A stretch of DNA of 64,000 nucleotides from an uncultured Gemmataceae bacterium (GCA_963750165.1 CAVVPN010000004.1:512001-576000); one strand, 5' to 3'; shown: positions 9,158-21,023, counted from the first letter of the stretch. Numbers and translations are program-made. The notes: generated by a model from the letters alone, not told the origin.

Positions 9158-10570
9158 TCATTCGTTCCGCCCGAAGTACAGGTGCTGCGGAATCAGGTCG
9201 AAGCACGGCAGTTCGATCAGCGGGTGGTTCAGGAACCCCACCATCGGGTCGGCGACGAGGAAATACGACACGAAGACGCGCGCGAAGTACACGACCCACA
9301 CGAGGAACAGCAGCGTGAACAGGATGCGATGCACCGCCCAGCGCACCGTCAGCCGCGCCCACCAGCCGACGCCGATCGGCGCCGCCGTCGGCACGATGGT
9401 CAGCTGGAGTTTGTCGAACCAGCGGGCGAGGACCGGGTGCAGTTCACCGTGCGTGACGGTGCCGCGCCGCAACGCCTTCAGCACCGCCGAGCGGTAAATG
9501 ACTGCCGCCACCCAGCGCAGCAGCAGCAGCAGCGGGAACAGCACGAACAGGCTCCAGCGCCAGAACTCCTCACGGAACGCCTGCAATGCCTGCTGCGGCG
9601 ACAGGTCGGCCCGGTTGGGCGTAAAATGCTCCGCGAACGCATTGAGCCGGATGCCCATGAACACCAGGGACGCGAAGACGATCAGCGCCGCCAGACCGAC
9701 ATAGGCCCCCAGCCGCGCCCGGATCAGCCGCCAGACGAAGCGGAACTCGAAGAACGCCCGCGCCTGGCCGGTCGCCGCCTGGTGCACCTGGGCCATCGGC
9801 ACGTAGAACAGCGCGGCGATCAGCAGCACGCCGCCCGTGAAGTAGAAGACCGCACCGTAGCCGGACTGCTCGTAGCCCTTGTGGAACGAATTCAGCCAGC
9901 CGAACTCCCAGCCGGCCAGCATGAACAGGCAGCCCCAGCCCAGGAGCAGCGCGTCACACAGCAGCGCCTCCGCGCCGAGGCGCGCATTCCGCCAGAACGA
10001 ACCCAGTGGCACCGACAGCACCCGGCCGAGCTGCCGTAGCGGTCCCGCAGGCAGGCCGCCCGGCCCCGGCCGGCGCAGCACCTCGCCGATGCGCTCGCGC
10101 CAGAAGAACCGTGGCCGCGGCACTGGACCGTCCGGGCCAAGCGTGTCGCAGAATTCGCGGAAGGACATCTGCTGACGCAGGGGGCTGCGCCGCCACCAGC
10201 CGCGCAGCACCACGGCCTGCATCCAGCGGTAGGTCCAGCCGACGACCACCACGGCGGTGAAATAGCTCAGCACGAACACGCCGGTGAAGCACAGCGTCGC
10301 GCCGACCAGCCAGCGCCACAGCCAGCCGGCCGTCGCGCGCAGGCCGTGCAGCAGCACCGCGTCCGGCGGCTTCCGCGCCGCGGTGGGTCGAACCGGTTCC
10401 AGGGGCAGCGCCTCCTCGATCAGCTCGGCGTGCTCGGCCTCCTCGACTGGCGGCAGCACTTCCTCCACCAGCGTGGCCTGTTCGACGACCACGACCGAGA
10501 GGGACGGGACCGGCGGCGCCGGCAGTGCCTGGGGGATGGGCAGGACTTCAGGGAATTCTGACGGGTTCAC
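9158..10570 (-). CDS. Hypothetical polytopic membrane protein
   Basis: 470-aa ORF with several TM helices; overlaps the stop of the upstream gene (GTGA). Confidence 0.65.
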   Translation of the reverse strand: MNPSEFPEVLPIPQALPAPPVPSLSVVVVEQATLVEEVLPPVEEAEHAELIEEALPLEPVRPTAARKPPDAVLLHGLRATAGWLWRWLVGATLCFTGVFVLSYFTAVVVVGWTYRWMQAVVLRGWWRRSPLRQQMSFREFCDTLGPDGPVPRPRFFWRERIGEVLRRPGPGGLPAGPLRQLGRVLSVPLGSFWRNARLGAEALLCDALLLGWGCLFMLAGWEFGWLNSFHKGYEQSGYGAVFYFTGGVLLIAALFYVPMAQVHQAATGQARAFFEFRFVWRLIRARLGAYVGLAALIVFASLVFMGIRLNAFAEHFTPNRADLSPQQALQAFREEFWRWSLFVLFPLLLLLRWVAAVIYRSAVLKALRRGTVTHGELHPVLARWFDKLQLTIVPTAAPIGVGWWARLTVRWAVHRILFTLLFLVWVVYFARVFVSYFLVADPMVGFLNHPLIELPCFDLIPQHLYFGRNE

Positions 10571-11815
10571 GCGATGGCCTCCTCGAAGGCGGCGGCGCCG
10601 GGGTCAGCGTGCGGCGTCGCGAAGCCCATGATGTGGCCGACGGTTGCTGCGATGCCGGCCTGCTGCCGCAACCGATCAACGGCCAGGACGCGGCCGTGAT
10701 TGAGCGGTCGGGCGATGCCGGGGCCGCAGAACAGGGCGAAAATCTCACGGGCGCTTTGGGTGTTGAAGTGGTGCTGGTACGGCACCGGCATGGCCCGATT
10801 GCTGTCGCGGCCGCAGTCCGGGATGATGACGAAGACGGTGTTGTCACGATATTCCGGGTCCGCCTGCGCGGCGTTGTAAATCTCGCGGATGCCCTCGTCG
10901 ATGATGGAAATGGCGCGCGTGTAAAATTGCGGGTTGCCCCAGTGGACGTAATCGGGATCCTGATAATTAAGCATCATCAGTTTGGGCTTGAGTTCGCGCA
11001 GCGCCTGCACGCGCCAGGGTCGTCAGCAATCGGTCGCCGCGCGGGTTCACCAGTCCGGTGCGGCCGTAGTAGTCGCGCCAGTTGCGCCAGAAGCGGTCCA
11101 GCTCGGGGCCGATGACGGTCGGGTCTGGGTTACGGTAATCGCGCCGCGCCATCTGGTCCAGCTGCCGCTGCTTCTGCCGCCGCTCCTGGTCGGTGAAGTC
11201 GCCGTTGGCCAGTTCGTCGCGGAGCAGGAACGTCTTGAAGCGGAACAGGCTCAGCACGGTCGAACGGTAGTGGACGCCGAAGAGATGGTGATTGCTGAAG
11301 GTGTAAAACTCCTCGTTGATGCGGTCCTCGCCGTTGATGAGCAGCGCTTCGTGCTCCGCGACATGGTAAGCGCGGCGCAGGTACTCGAAGAGCGTCGGCA
11401 CCTCCGCCTCGAAGCGGTCGGCCAGCGGTTGATCGAAAACGTCACGGTAGTGGGCGTACTTGCCGGTTAGAATGTACAGGGTGTTCTGGCCGTGGCTGGT
11501 GGTGTATGGCGACTCGATCTCGACGTTGGAGAACAGCACGCCGCGCTGTCGCTGAAACAATTCGTGATAGACGAACGGACAGTACGTGTGGGCGGCGTCC
11601 TGAATGGTTTCGCGACGGCGGACGCCACCCCCGAACCGAATGAGGATGACGCGCCTCCCCTGATAGGGGGGCCGGTTTTCGGGGACGGGCTCCGCGGCCG
11701 GTTGTTGCCGGATCGGCGGCCTGCCGATCTCGAAGCTGAGGGACAGCCCCGCGGCAAGGGCGCCCACGCCGGCGGTCTGGTAGAGAAAGCGTCTGCGGTC
11801 GAGCGGTTCGCTCAT
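10567..11815 (-). pseudogene. Tat-exported alkaline-phosphatase/sulfatase-fold protein split by a frameshift near 11010
   Basis: DRRRFL Tat motif, VILIRFGGGVR, YQDPDYVH, VFVIIPDCGRD; two overlapping ORFs form one product. Confidence 0.6.
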
Positions 11816-11930
11816 GGGATGTCTCGCGCAACAAGGGGGGCTGCCGGTTATTCGTTCGGGGGCAACGGTACATTTTGAACTACCCAGGGAATTTCGCCCA
11901 GTTTCCCGTGTGCGGAGGTGGGGTCGCACC

Positions 11931-12350
11931 ATGTTTGAGGTGAACGAGCGGATGACCATCCCTGAAGAGGAGTTCGACTGGAGCTACGCGCGCTCGGGCG
12001 GTCCCGGCGGTCAGAACGTCAACAAGGTCGCCAGCAAGGCGGTGCTGCACTGGGACGTGGCCCACAATGTGACGGTGCCGGCGGAGGTGCGGGCGCGGCT
12101 GTGCGCGCTGCAGCGGCGGCGCGTGACCACCGAGGGCGTGCTGGTGCTGACCTCGCAGCGCTTCCGCGATCAGGAGAAGAACCGTGCCGATTGCCTGGAG
12201 AAGTTGCGCGAACTGCTGATCGAGGCGGCCCATGTGCCGAAGGCGCGCCGGGCAACGAAGCCGTCGCGCGGCAGCAAGGAGCGGCGGTTGCAGGCGAAGC
12301 AGCGGCGGTCGGTGACCAAGGCGGGGCGGCGCGGGCCGGTGGAGGAATGA
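11931..12350 (+). CDS. arfB: Alternative ribosome rescue peptidyl-tRNA hydrolase ArfB
   Basis: ARSGGPGGQNVNKVAS; basic tail RRATKPSRGSKERRLQAK. Confidence 0.95.
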   Translation: MFEVNERMTIPEEEFDWSYARSGGPGGQNVNKVASKAVLHWDVAHNVTVPAEVRARLCALQRRRVTTEGVLVLTSQRFRDQEKNRADCLEKLRELLIEAAHVPKARRATKPSRGSKERRLQAKQRRSVTKAGRRGPVEE

Positions 12351-12727
12351 CGAATGACGCGGGCGTGCCGTCCGCTGGCTTCGTTCGTTCAGATGACGTT
12401 CCTACGCATAATCCTCACTCTATCCTGCAGATGAGAGTGCTTTTCGTTTGCCATCCCCTGCCGCAAATGTGCGGCTGTCAAAGGACGAGGACTTTGACCC
12501 GCAGGCCGGACGGATGACAACCTTTCGCAATCTGCTTGTTTACAACGACAAGGTCCAGTTGATTGAAGAATTCTCTCCGACAACTGAACAACAAGTGATC
12601 GACTTTGATAACTTGTATGCGACGGTAAGACGCTCGGCCTGCAAAACGGACGACGTGCTGGAAAAACTGACGACGGAACTTCGGAAAAAAGTTCACGAAC
12701 CAGCCTGATCGTTCTTCGGCGACACGG

Positions 12728-13939
12728 TCACCGCAGCTCATGCACCTCCGTCTCGCCCAGCGGCCGGTCGAGGGTGCAACCCAGCTGCCAGACCTTCTCC
12801 GCCAGCTGCTTGACCCAGACCACGCGCACCACCAGCGAGCGACGCTTGATGGTTTCGTTCTCGATCGTGATGGTCAACAGCGTGCCGCGCTCGAAGCGGC
12901 GGTTGAGTTCCAGGCAGACCCCAGTCTCGGAAATGTTAATCACCTTGCCGAACCAGGGCTTGTCCAGGATGGGCTGGAAGGGCTGGCAGGCGGTGTCGCG
13001 CCCGGAGCGAAAGCGCTTCTTGGCCCGCTTGTCGCTCGGCCGCGGGATCCGGCCGGAACTGACCCGCTTGACGCCGGGCAGCGGCGCTGGCGCCGCCGGC
13101 GTGTCCGTCAGGAGCCGCAGGAATTCCTGCACCGACGCCGGCCGTTCCTGGCGCTCCACACGCAGGCCCTGGAGGATGGCAGCGGCGACCCGTTCACTCA
13201 ACTCCGGGACCAGCTGCTGCGGCGGCACCAGTTCGTTCGCGAGCTTTTTCTTGTAAATCGTGGTCACGGCCTTGACCGAGTGCGCCTTGAACGGCAGCAC
13301 ACCGGTGACCGCCATGTACAGCGTCGCCGCCAGCGAATACAGGTCGCTGAGGGCGTCGGCCCGTTTGGCGTCCTCGAACTGCTCCGGGGACATGAAGTTG
13401 GGCGTGCCCAGGCAGCTCATCGTGTGCGTCAGGTTGAAATCGTTGCCCTGGTCCTTGACCAGGCCCAGATCCGTGAGCTTGGCCTGGCCGGCCGTGGCGA
13501 GCAGGATGTTGTCCGGCTTGACATCGCGGTGGATCAGCCGGCACTGGTGCGCCCAGTGCAGCGCCCGGCCCACCTGGCAAATTATCCGCACCGCCTCCGC
13601 CTCGGACAGCTTGCCCGTGCGCTCCAGGCACTGGCCCAGCGTTTCGCCATCCACGAACTCCATCACCAGGAACGGCTTGGTTCCGTCCAGACCGAAGTCC
13701 AGCACCCGTACAATATTAGGGTGGTTCAGCTTGCGGGCCACCTGGCACTCCTGCGCAAAGCGCATGCGCAGCACCGGGTCGTCGGCCACCTCCCCGGGCA
13801 GCACCTTGACGGCCAGCGGCCTGCCCGTGTCCGGATCCTGACTGCGGTAGACCGTCCCCATGCCGCCCCTGCCGATCTTTTCCAGCAACAGATACTTGCC
13901 GACCTGGGTGAGGCTTACCTGAGAAGTCATTCGCGTCAT
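12728..13939 (-). CDS. Ser/Thr protein kinase with C-terminal PilZ domain
   Basis: GRGGMG, HRDVKPDN, DLG, GTPNFMSPE; PilZ motifs RAKKR and NISETG. Confidence 0.9.
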   Translation of the reverse strand: MTRMTSQVSLTQVGKYLLLEKIGRGGMGTVYRSQDPDTGRPLAVKVLPGEVADDPVLRMRFAQECQVARKLNHPNIVRVLDFGLDGTKPFLVMEFVDGETLGQCLERTGKLSEAEAVRIICQVGRALHWAHQCRLIHRDVKPDNILLATAGQAKLTDLGLVKDQGNDFNLTHTMSCLGTPNFMSPEQFEDAKRADALSDLYSLAATLYMAVTGVLPFKAHSVKAVTTIYKKKLANELVPPQQLVPELSERVAAAILQGLRVERQERPASVQEFLRLLTDTPAAPAPLPGVKRVSSGRIPRPSDKRAKKRFRSGRDTACQPFQPILDKPWFGKVINISETGVCLELNRRFERGTLLTITIENETIKRRSLVVRVVWVKQLAEKVWQLGCTLDRPLGETEVHELR

Positions 13940-14335
13940 GGCGGTCCTCAATGCAGCGAACGCGCCCGCGGCGGCGCAGGCGGGGGACAACCGAGGGGCG
14001 TCCTCGGGTTGCCCAAGTTTAGATCATACCGGCACCGAGGGGAAATTTTTACCGGCGCAAAAGTCTCCACCCGGTTGGCTCCCTGGCGCCGGCAGCCCGC
14101 GGCACCACCCGACACACCGCCCCAAACGGACCCCGCCGCCCGCCGCCGCAGCATTGAGGTGCGATAGTTCACTTTTGCATTCCACAACGTTCACCGCTAA
14201 AATAAAGGAATAGATGAAGGTCGTGTGCAACTGACGTGAGTGAATCGTCGTATTCTTGTCGCCCTGACCTGCCGGGCCCTCTCCCGCCGGCTTAACCTAC
14301 CAGGCTCGGTTGCTCAGCTGAACAGGGATCCACCC

Positions 14336-17300
14336 ATGACCCGCCTGCACTGTCTGCTCCTTGCCATCGTCACGGTTTGCTGGGCGACCACCGCGCCGGC
14401 CCAGGAGCCGATCCGCTTCGCCCGCACCCCGGACATCTCACCGGACGGCAAACTGGTCGCCTTCAGCTACCTCGGCGACATCTGGGTGGTCGATGCGGTC
14501 GGCGGCGTCGCCCGGCCGGTGACCATGCACCTCAAGCATGACATCGGCCCCGTCTTCAGCCCGGACGGCAAATGGCTGGCCTTCTCGTCCAACCGCCACG
14601 GCACCTATGACGTGTACGTGGTGCCGGTCGAGGGTGGCAAGCCGCGGCGGCTGACTTTCGACGCCGCCGACGACTTCGTGACCAGCTGGACGCCCGACGG
14701 CAAGGCGGTGCTGTTCACGTCCACTCGCGGCACGGACTTCCCGGTGACGCAGCAGATGTATCTGGTGCCGGTGACCGGCGGCCAGGTGCGGCGCATCATC
14801 GAGGGCCGCGAGGGCGTCGTCGCGCCGGCCGGCAACCGGATCGCCTACGCGCGCGGCTCCGGCACCTGGTATCGCAAGGGCTACCGCGGTTCGTCCAACG
14901 ACGACCTCTGGATTTGCGATCTCGACGGCAACCACAACCGCCGCGTCACCCATTTCGAGGGCCAGGACAATTCGCCGATGTGGTCCCCCGACGGCCGCAC
15001 GCTGTATTACGTCACCGAAAGCTGTAGCGCTGCCGCTGTGGCCAACGTTGTCAAGCAGGAGTTGTCGAGCACCAAGGCCGGGTCGCTGGCGGTCGGCAAA
15101 CCGGAGGCGCTGACCAGCCACAAGGACGACCGCGTTCGCCAGGCGCGCATCAGCGGCAACGGCGCCTGGATCGTCTACGAGTGCGGCCACGATTTGTGGA
15201 TGGTGTCCACGAAAACCGGCCAGTCGCGCAAGCTGGCCATTGAGGTCAACGCCGACGAGAAGTCCGACGCCGAGCGCAACGTCACCTACACCAGCGGCGC
15301 GTCGGAGTTCGCCATCTCAGGCAACGACCGCTGGATCGCCCTGGTGGTTCACGGCGACATCTTCCTGATGCCGCGCGGCGGCGGCAAGGCGAAACGCCTC
15401 ACCGACCACCCCGCCAACGACCACGGCGCGGTCTTCTCGCCGGATTCCAAGAAAATTCTGTTCCTGTCGGATCGCGACGGCCACGAGGACGTGTATCTGC
15501 TGGAGTCGGATGATTCGGAGAGCACGAACTGATGAAGGCGCACAAGTTCAAGGTCCGCCGGCTGACGAACACGCCCGAGGCGGAAATGGGCCTGAATTTC
15601 TCGCCGGACGGCAAGCGCGTGTCATTCCTGCGTGCCGGCAAGTTGCTGACCATGAGCCCGGACGGCAGCGACGTGAAGGTGGTGGTGCCGCAGGGTCTGG
15701 TCATCGATTACGAGTGGTCGCCGGACTCGAAATGGATCGCCTATGCGCGCATGGACGGCAGCTGGGCGAGCGAGGTGTACGTGATCCCGGCCACGGGCGC
15801 CACGCCGGCGGACCCGGCCCGCAACGTCACGCGCTACGCCACCTACAACGCCAGCATCAGCTGGAGCAAGAACAACAAGCTGGCGTTCCTGAGCGAGCGC
15901 CTGGGCAACGGTACGCAGATGCACGTGCTGGCGCTGCAAAAGCCGGCCGTGGCGGGCACGCCCAGCGGCACCGGCATCGACTGGGAGGACGTGCATTTGC
16001 GCGTGACGCAGATTTCGCCGATGGACGCCTGGGGCGGGGCGATTTCGCCGGACGGCACGCGCGTCGCCTTCCGCGGCCGGCAGAACGGCGACGATTTGTG
16101 GGTCGCCAGCGCGGACGGCAAGGAACTGTTGCGCGTGACCAACAGCAACATGCGGCCGACGCAGATTCAATGGTCGCGGAGCGGTTACCTGTCGATGGTG
16201 TACTTCCGGGACACCAGCGGCCACCTGCGCATGACGACAGGCACGGGCGTGAGCACGCCAGCGCTGGTGCCCTTCGAGGCGAAAATGACCATCCGCCGCG
16301 ACGAGGAGTTCAAGGAACTGTTCGCGCAGTGCTGGCGGGCGCTGTACGAGAACTTTTACGATCCCACCTTCCACGGCGCCGACTGGCGGGCGATGCGTGC
16401 GAAGTATCTGCCACTGGTCGATCACGTGGTCATGCGCGAGGATTTTGACGCGCTCATCAGCCTGATGCTGGGCGAGCTGAACGCCTCGCACCTGGGGCTG
16501 ATCCCGCCGCAGTATCCGGCGCCGCAGCAGTACACGGCGGAGCTGGGGCTGATCTTCGACCGCGACTACCGCGGCCCCGGCCTGAAAATCGCGGAAATCC
16601 TCAAGCGCGGCCCGGCCGACAAGCGCGGTATTCAACTCAAGGCGGGCGACGTGATTGAGGCCATCGACCGTGTGCCGCTGACCGAGAAGGTCAACCTGGC
16701 GAAGCTGCTCAACGACAAGACAGGCGAGACGGTGGAGTTGCAGGTGGTGGCCAAGGCGGGCGACAAGGACAGGCGCCGCGTCAACCTGAATACGGTCGGC
16801 CGCGGTACCGTCCGCACGCTGATGTACGACCGCTGGGTGGCGAACAACGCCCGGCGCGTGGCGGAGCTGAGCAAGGGCAAGCTCGGCTACATCCACATCC
16901 CGAACATGCAGGAAGACGGCCTGACGCAGTTCATGCGTTCGCTGTACTCGGACAACTTCGACAAGGAGGCGATCGTGCTGGACGTGCGCTTCAACGGCGG
17001 CGGTTTCACGCACGACAAGGTGCTGAACTACCTGGGCGGCCGCGATCACACGTTCTTCCTGCAGCGCAACGGCGGTGCCGGCAACGTGCTGCGGGCGGCC
17101 GACCGCAAGTGGAGCAAGCCGGTGGTGCTGCTCATCAACAGTCGCTCGTACAGCGACGCGGAGATTTTCCCGCACGCCTTCCGATCGCTGGGCCTGGGCA
17201 AGCTGGTGGGCGAGCCGACCGGCAACCACGTGATCGCCACGTCGAGCGTGCGGCTGATCGACGGCTCGCTGTTCCGTGTACCGGGCACCGGCGTATTCAC

Positions 17301-17568
17301 CGCCGCGGGCGTCAACCTGGAGAAGGTCGGCGTGCGGCCGGACGTGCTGGTCGAGACGCACCCCGACCAGCTGGCGCGCGGCCAGGACGCCCAGCTGGAG
17401 AAGGCGGTGGACGTGCTGCGGCAGGAGGTGGCGGAGTGGAAGAAGAAGCACCCGACACCGGTGGTGCTGCTGCCGGACGGCGCGCCGGCGCCGCGGCCGC
17501 CGGAGGTGGCGCCGCCGACCGCCGTGCCCATGCCGCCGGTGCCGATGGCGCCAGCGCCGATGAAGTGA
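14336..17568 (+). CDS. Tricorn-like S41 peptidase (propellers, PDZ, S41), split by one frameshift near 15525
   Basis: Signal peptide, PD40-like repeats, GYIHIPNM, DVRFNGGG, SYSDAEIF; ORFs ending at 15532 and starting at 15532 are two halves of one protein. Confidence 0.85.
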
Positions 17569-17569
17569 C

Positions 17570-18430
17570 ATGCCCGACCTGCGCTACCGCCTGCGCTCCG
17601 GCCGCGTCCTGCTGATGGACGGCGCCATGGGCACGCAATTGCTGGCCCTGGGGCTGCCATCTGGCGCATGTTCCGAAGCGTGGAACCTGACCCACCCCGA
17701 GCGCGTCGCCGGCGTCCACCAGGCTTACGTGGACGCCGGCGCCGCGTGTCTGCTGACCAACAGCTTTCAGGCTCATGCGGCGGCGCTGCGGCGCCACGGT
17801 CTGGACGCGCACCAGTTTGAGATCATAAGCGTGGCCGCCAGCCTGGCCCGCTTCGTCGCCGGCCCTGGTCGCTTCGTGCTCGGCGACATCGGCCCGCAGC
17901 CGGAGCTTGACGAACTGCCGTTGCTGGTGGACGCTTTTGGCGATCAGGTGGACGGCCTGCTGCTGGAGACGTTTTCCGACCGTCAGGCGCTGGCGCTGGC
18001 CGCGGCGCTGGTGCGGGCGGCCCACGACAAGCCGGTGCTGCTGTCGCTGACGTACCGCCATGACCCGGTGACCGGAGCCAGCGCGGCGCTGGACGGCACC
18101 GCCCCCGAGGAGTTCGCCCGGGAGGCGGAAGCGGCGGGCGTCGCGGCCCTGGGCGTGAACTGCGGCCGTGACCTGGGGCTGTCCGCGGTCAGCGACGTGG
18201 TGCGCCGCTACCGTTCGGCGACGACGCTGCCACTGCTGGCGCGGCCCAACGCCGGTACGCCGGTGCGCGACGGCGAGCGCTGGGGGTATCCGGTGACACC
18301 GGGGCAGCTGGCGGACTGGTTACCGGAGGTGGTGCGGGCGGGGGCGGTGCTGGTCGGCGGCTGCTGCGGCACGACACCGGCGCACGTCGCGGCGCTGGCC
18401 GCGGCCTGCGGTGACGTCGCTTCTCCATGA
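17570..18430 (+). CDS. Homocysteine S-methyltransferase family protein
   Basis: DGAMGT, GVNC, PNAG and VGGCCGTTP motifs. Confidence 0.9.
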   Translation: MPDLRYRLRSGRVLLMDGAMGTQLLALGLPSGACSEAWNLTHPERVAGVHQAYVDAGAACLLTNSFQAHAAALRRHGLDAHQFEIISVAASLARFVAGPGRFVLGDIGPQPELDELPLLVDAFGDQVDGLLLETFSDRQALALAAALVRAAHDKPVLLSLTYRHDPVTGASAALDGTAPEEFAREAEAAGVAALGVNCGRDLGLSAVSDVVRRYRSATTLPLLARPNAGTPVRDGERWGYPVTPGQLADWLPEVVRAGAVLVGGCCGTTPAHVAALAAACGDVASP

Positions 18431-18680
18431 GATTTTGCGGCAGACCGATTCCAACCCTGGCATTCTTGTGATTCGCCCGGGAAATTACGTTGATATCACT
18501 TCTCTTCAAATTACGTCTCGCAAAAACCTCCGGGGTTTTTGGTTGACGGGATCGATCGGATTCGGAGATGATAGATGAAAGGAAGTGGAGGAGAGACAAA
18601 AGGTCGGGAGAAAAAAATGGGGGGGGAAACGAAGGAGTCGGAAGTCGAGAACGAGAATGGTATCGGGAGTGAATGAAAGA

Positions 18681-19439
18681 GAAAAAGGGGTCAGCTTTCT
18701 TTTTGACAGTGGCGAGTGGGTCGGGTAAGCGACGGTCATGGCCAGACGCCTCCGTTGTGCCGACGCCGGCTACGTCTACCACGTCCTGAACCGCGGTGGG
18801 CCGGGGCACGCTGTTTCACAAGCCGGCCGACTACGCGGCCTTCGAGAAGGTCTTGCGCCAGGCCTGGGAGCGGCACGCGATGCGCCTGCTGGCCTACGTG
18901 CTCATGCCCAACCACTGGCACCTGCTGGTCTGGCCCGACCGGGACCGGGCCCTGAGCGCCTACGCCCAATGGCTGACCGTGACGCACGTGCGGCGCTGGC
19001 ACGCCCACTACCCCACGGCGGCCACCGGCTCGCTTTAGCAGGGGCGCTTCAAGTCCTTCCCGGTCGAGCAGGGGCGCGCACTTCCTCACGCTCTGCCGCT
19101 ACGTCGAGCGCAACCCCCTGCGGGCAGGCCTGGTGGACCGGGCCGACCGCTGGCGCTGGTCGAGCCTGTGGCACCGGCGGCATCACACGCGGGTGCCCTG
19201 GCTGAGCGCCTGGCCGCTGCCGGTCCCGCAGGGCTGGGGCGAGCACGTGCAGTGCGCCGAGACGGAGGGGGAGTTGGAGGCCCTGCGGCGCTCAGCGGTG
19301 CGCGGAGCGCCGTTCGGCGCGGCGGCCTGGCAAGTGCAGACGGCGGCGGCCCTGGGGTTGCAGTCCACCTTGCGCCCACGGGGACGCCCAGGCAAACCCA
19401 CGGCGGACGCCGCGGAAAAAGAAACCTGACCCCTTTTTC
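18681..19439 (+). mobile_element. REP-associated tyrosine transposase (RAYT/Y1) pseudogene (18738-19429) bounded by 24-bp inverted repeats
   Basis: YHVLNRG, AYVLMPNHWHL (HUH), CRYVERNP (Tyr), WRWSS spread over several frames with an in-frame TAG near 19036; ends 18681-18704 and 19416-19439 are 23/24 complementary. Confidence 0.85.
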
Positions 19440-19494
19440 CTTTTTGCTCGCCTGATTTATCCCATAAGCCGTCAAGCAAATTAACTTGTATTTC

Positions 19495-21001
19495 GAGACT
19501 TTAGCATAGCCGGTGACCGAATCCGGCCCGACCAGGCGTAAAATGAATATAGGGGGGGCATTTGGGTGTGGAGGGCACAGCCATGTTCGGACCAGGCGAG
19601 TACGTCCCGGACGTCACCGAGGGCATTTCCTCGCCCGAAGACCTCCCCAAGCCGCGCCGCGAACGCCGCAGCCGTAACTACCGCGCACGCCGCTGCCCCC
19701 ATTGTGGTGCCCGCGCCGGCCGCTACAGCATTGACGTCCGCACCTTGCACGACCTGGGCGACCCGCGCGTCGGCCGCCCCATCGACCTCAGCGTCACCTA
19801 CTCCAAACATCACTGCCCCCACTGTGACTGCTACTTCGCCGTCGAGCTCTCCGACCTGGCCTGGCCCAAGTGCCACTACACCCGCCGCGTCCAGGAGTTG
19901 GCCGTCCGCCTGGTGGCCGAGGATGGGCTGCCCTACCAGGCCGCCTCCTGGCATCTCTGGCGCGACCACCGCGTCTTCGTCCCCTACGCCACCATCCAGA
20001 ACTGGGTCGAGGCGGCTGGGGAAAAAAAAGGTGGCCGGCCTGTCCAGCACCTATCTCGACGAGGCCCTGGCTGACTTCTCCGGTTACCTGGCCATCGACG
20101 AAGTCTACGATGGCCCGCACTGCATCCTCAGCGTGGTGGATAACCGCCGCTACCACCGGCTGGCCGTCCGCGTCCTCGAACACGACCCGACGCAGGACGA
20201 CGTCCGCGTTTTCCTCACGGACTTCCAGGCGCAGTTGCAGCAACGCGGCCTGGCCGTGCGCGGCATCACCACGGACGGGTCGCCGCTTTATCCCAAGGTG
20301 CTCAAGGAGTTGTGGCCTGCTGTCCCGCACCAGCGTTGCCGCTTCCACATCCTCAAGGAGATCACCAAGGCGGTACTGCGGGCGCTGGCCAAGTTGCGCA
20401 AGCAGATCAAGGCCACGATCCCCAAGCAGCGGCGCGGCCGACCCCGCCAACAGGACCAAGCCCAGGCGCGGCGGAGCCAGCGGTTGCAGCAGCGCGTCGC
20501 GGACCTGTTCGAGCACCGTCACTTGTTCGTGCGACATCACCTCAGCGCGGCCCAGAAGCAACTGCTGAAGCGCCTGACGCGCGGCCAGCCGCACCTACGT
20601 GTCTTGCGTGACATCATGGACGAAGTATACCGCTTGTTCGACCGCCGTTGCCGGCGAGTGACAGCGCTGTGGCGTCTGCTGAAATTGCGGCAACGGGTGC
20701 GGCGGTTCAAGCGCCTGGCGCGTGCCTTGCGGGAGTTGAATAGTCCCGGTTTGGCCAAGGCGCTGCTGTTTTTGGATGACCGTTTGTTGGGATCGACAAG
20801 CAACGCGGTAGAGCGGGCCAATCGGCGTTTCCGCAAGGCGCAGAAGAGCATCTACGGAGTGCGGACCAAGCAGCACTTGGACCAGCGCCTGGCCTTGGAC
20901 ATGAACCGCGAACTCGCGCTGGCCAACGCGCTCGGACTCTGAAAACCCTGCACCACGCTCGCTCCGATCCTGATTCGGGCCACTGTTGATGCTAAAGTGT
21001 C
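19495..21001 (+). mobile_element. Insertion sequence, 1507 bp, DDE transposase (Mutator/IS256- or ISL3-like), 8-bp TSD
   Basis: Imperfect terminal IRs GAGACTTTAGCAT...CCGAATC and GATTCGG...ATGCTAAAGTGTC; direct repeat TGTATTTC at 19487-19494 and 21002-21009. Confidence 0.9.
19583..20942 (+). CDS. Transposase in two frames joined at GGGG-A8-G (20018-20030)
   Basis: OrfA has CPHC...CPHC zinc finger and HTH; OrfB has AIDE, ITTDG, HQRCRFH, TSNAVERANR. Confidence 0.85.
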
Positions 21002-21023
21002 TGTATTTCCTTTGTTTTTCCCA

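Noticed and set aside
15520..15535. Naturally split tricorn protease (TGATG overlap)
   Set aside because: The break falls within a propeller region and the second part lacks a signal peptide; a single indel is the simpler explanation
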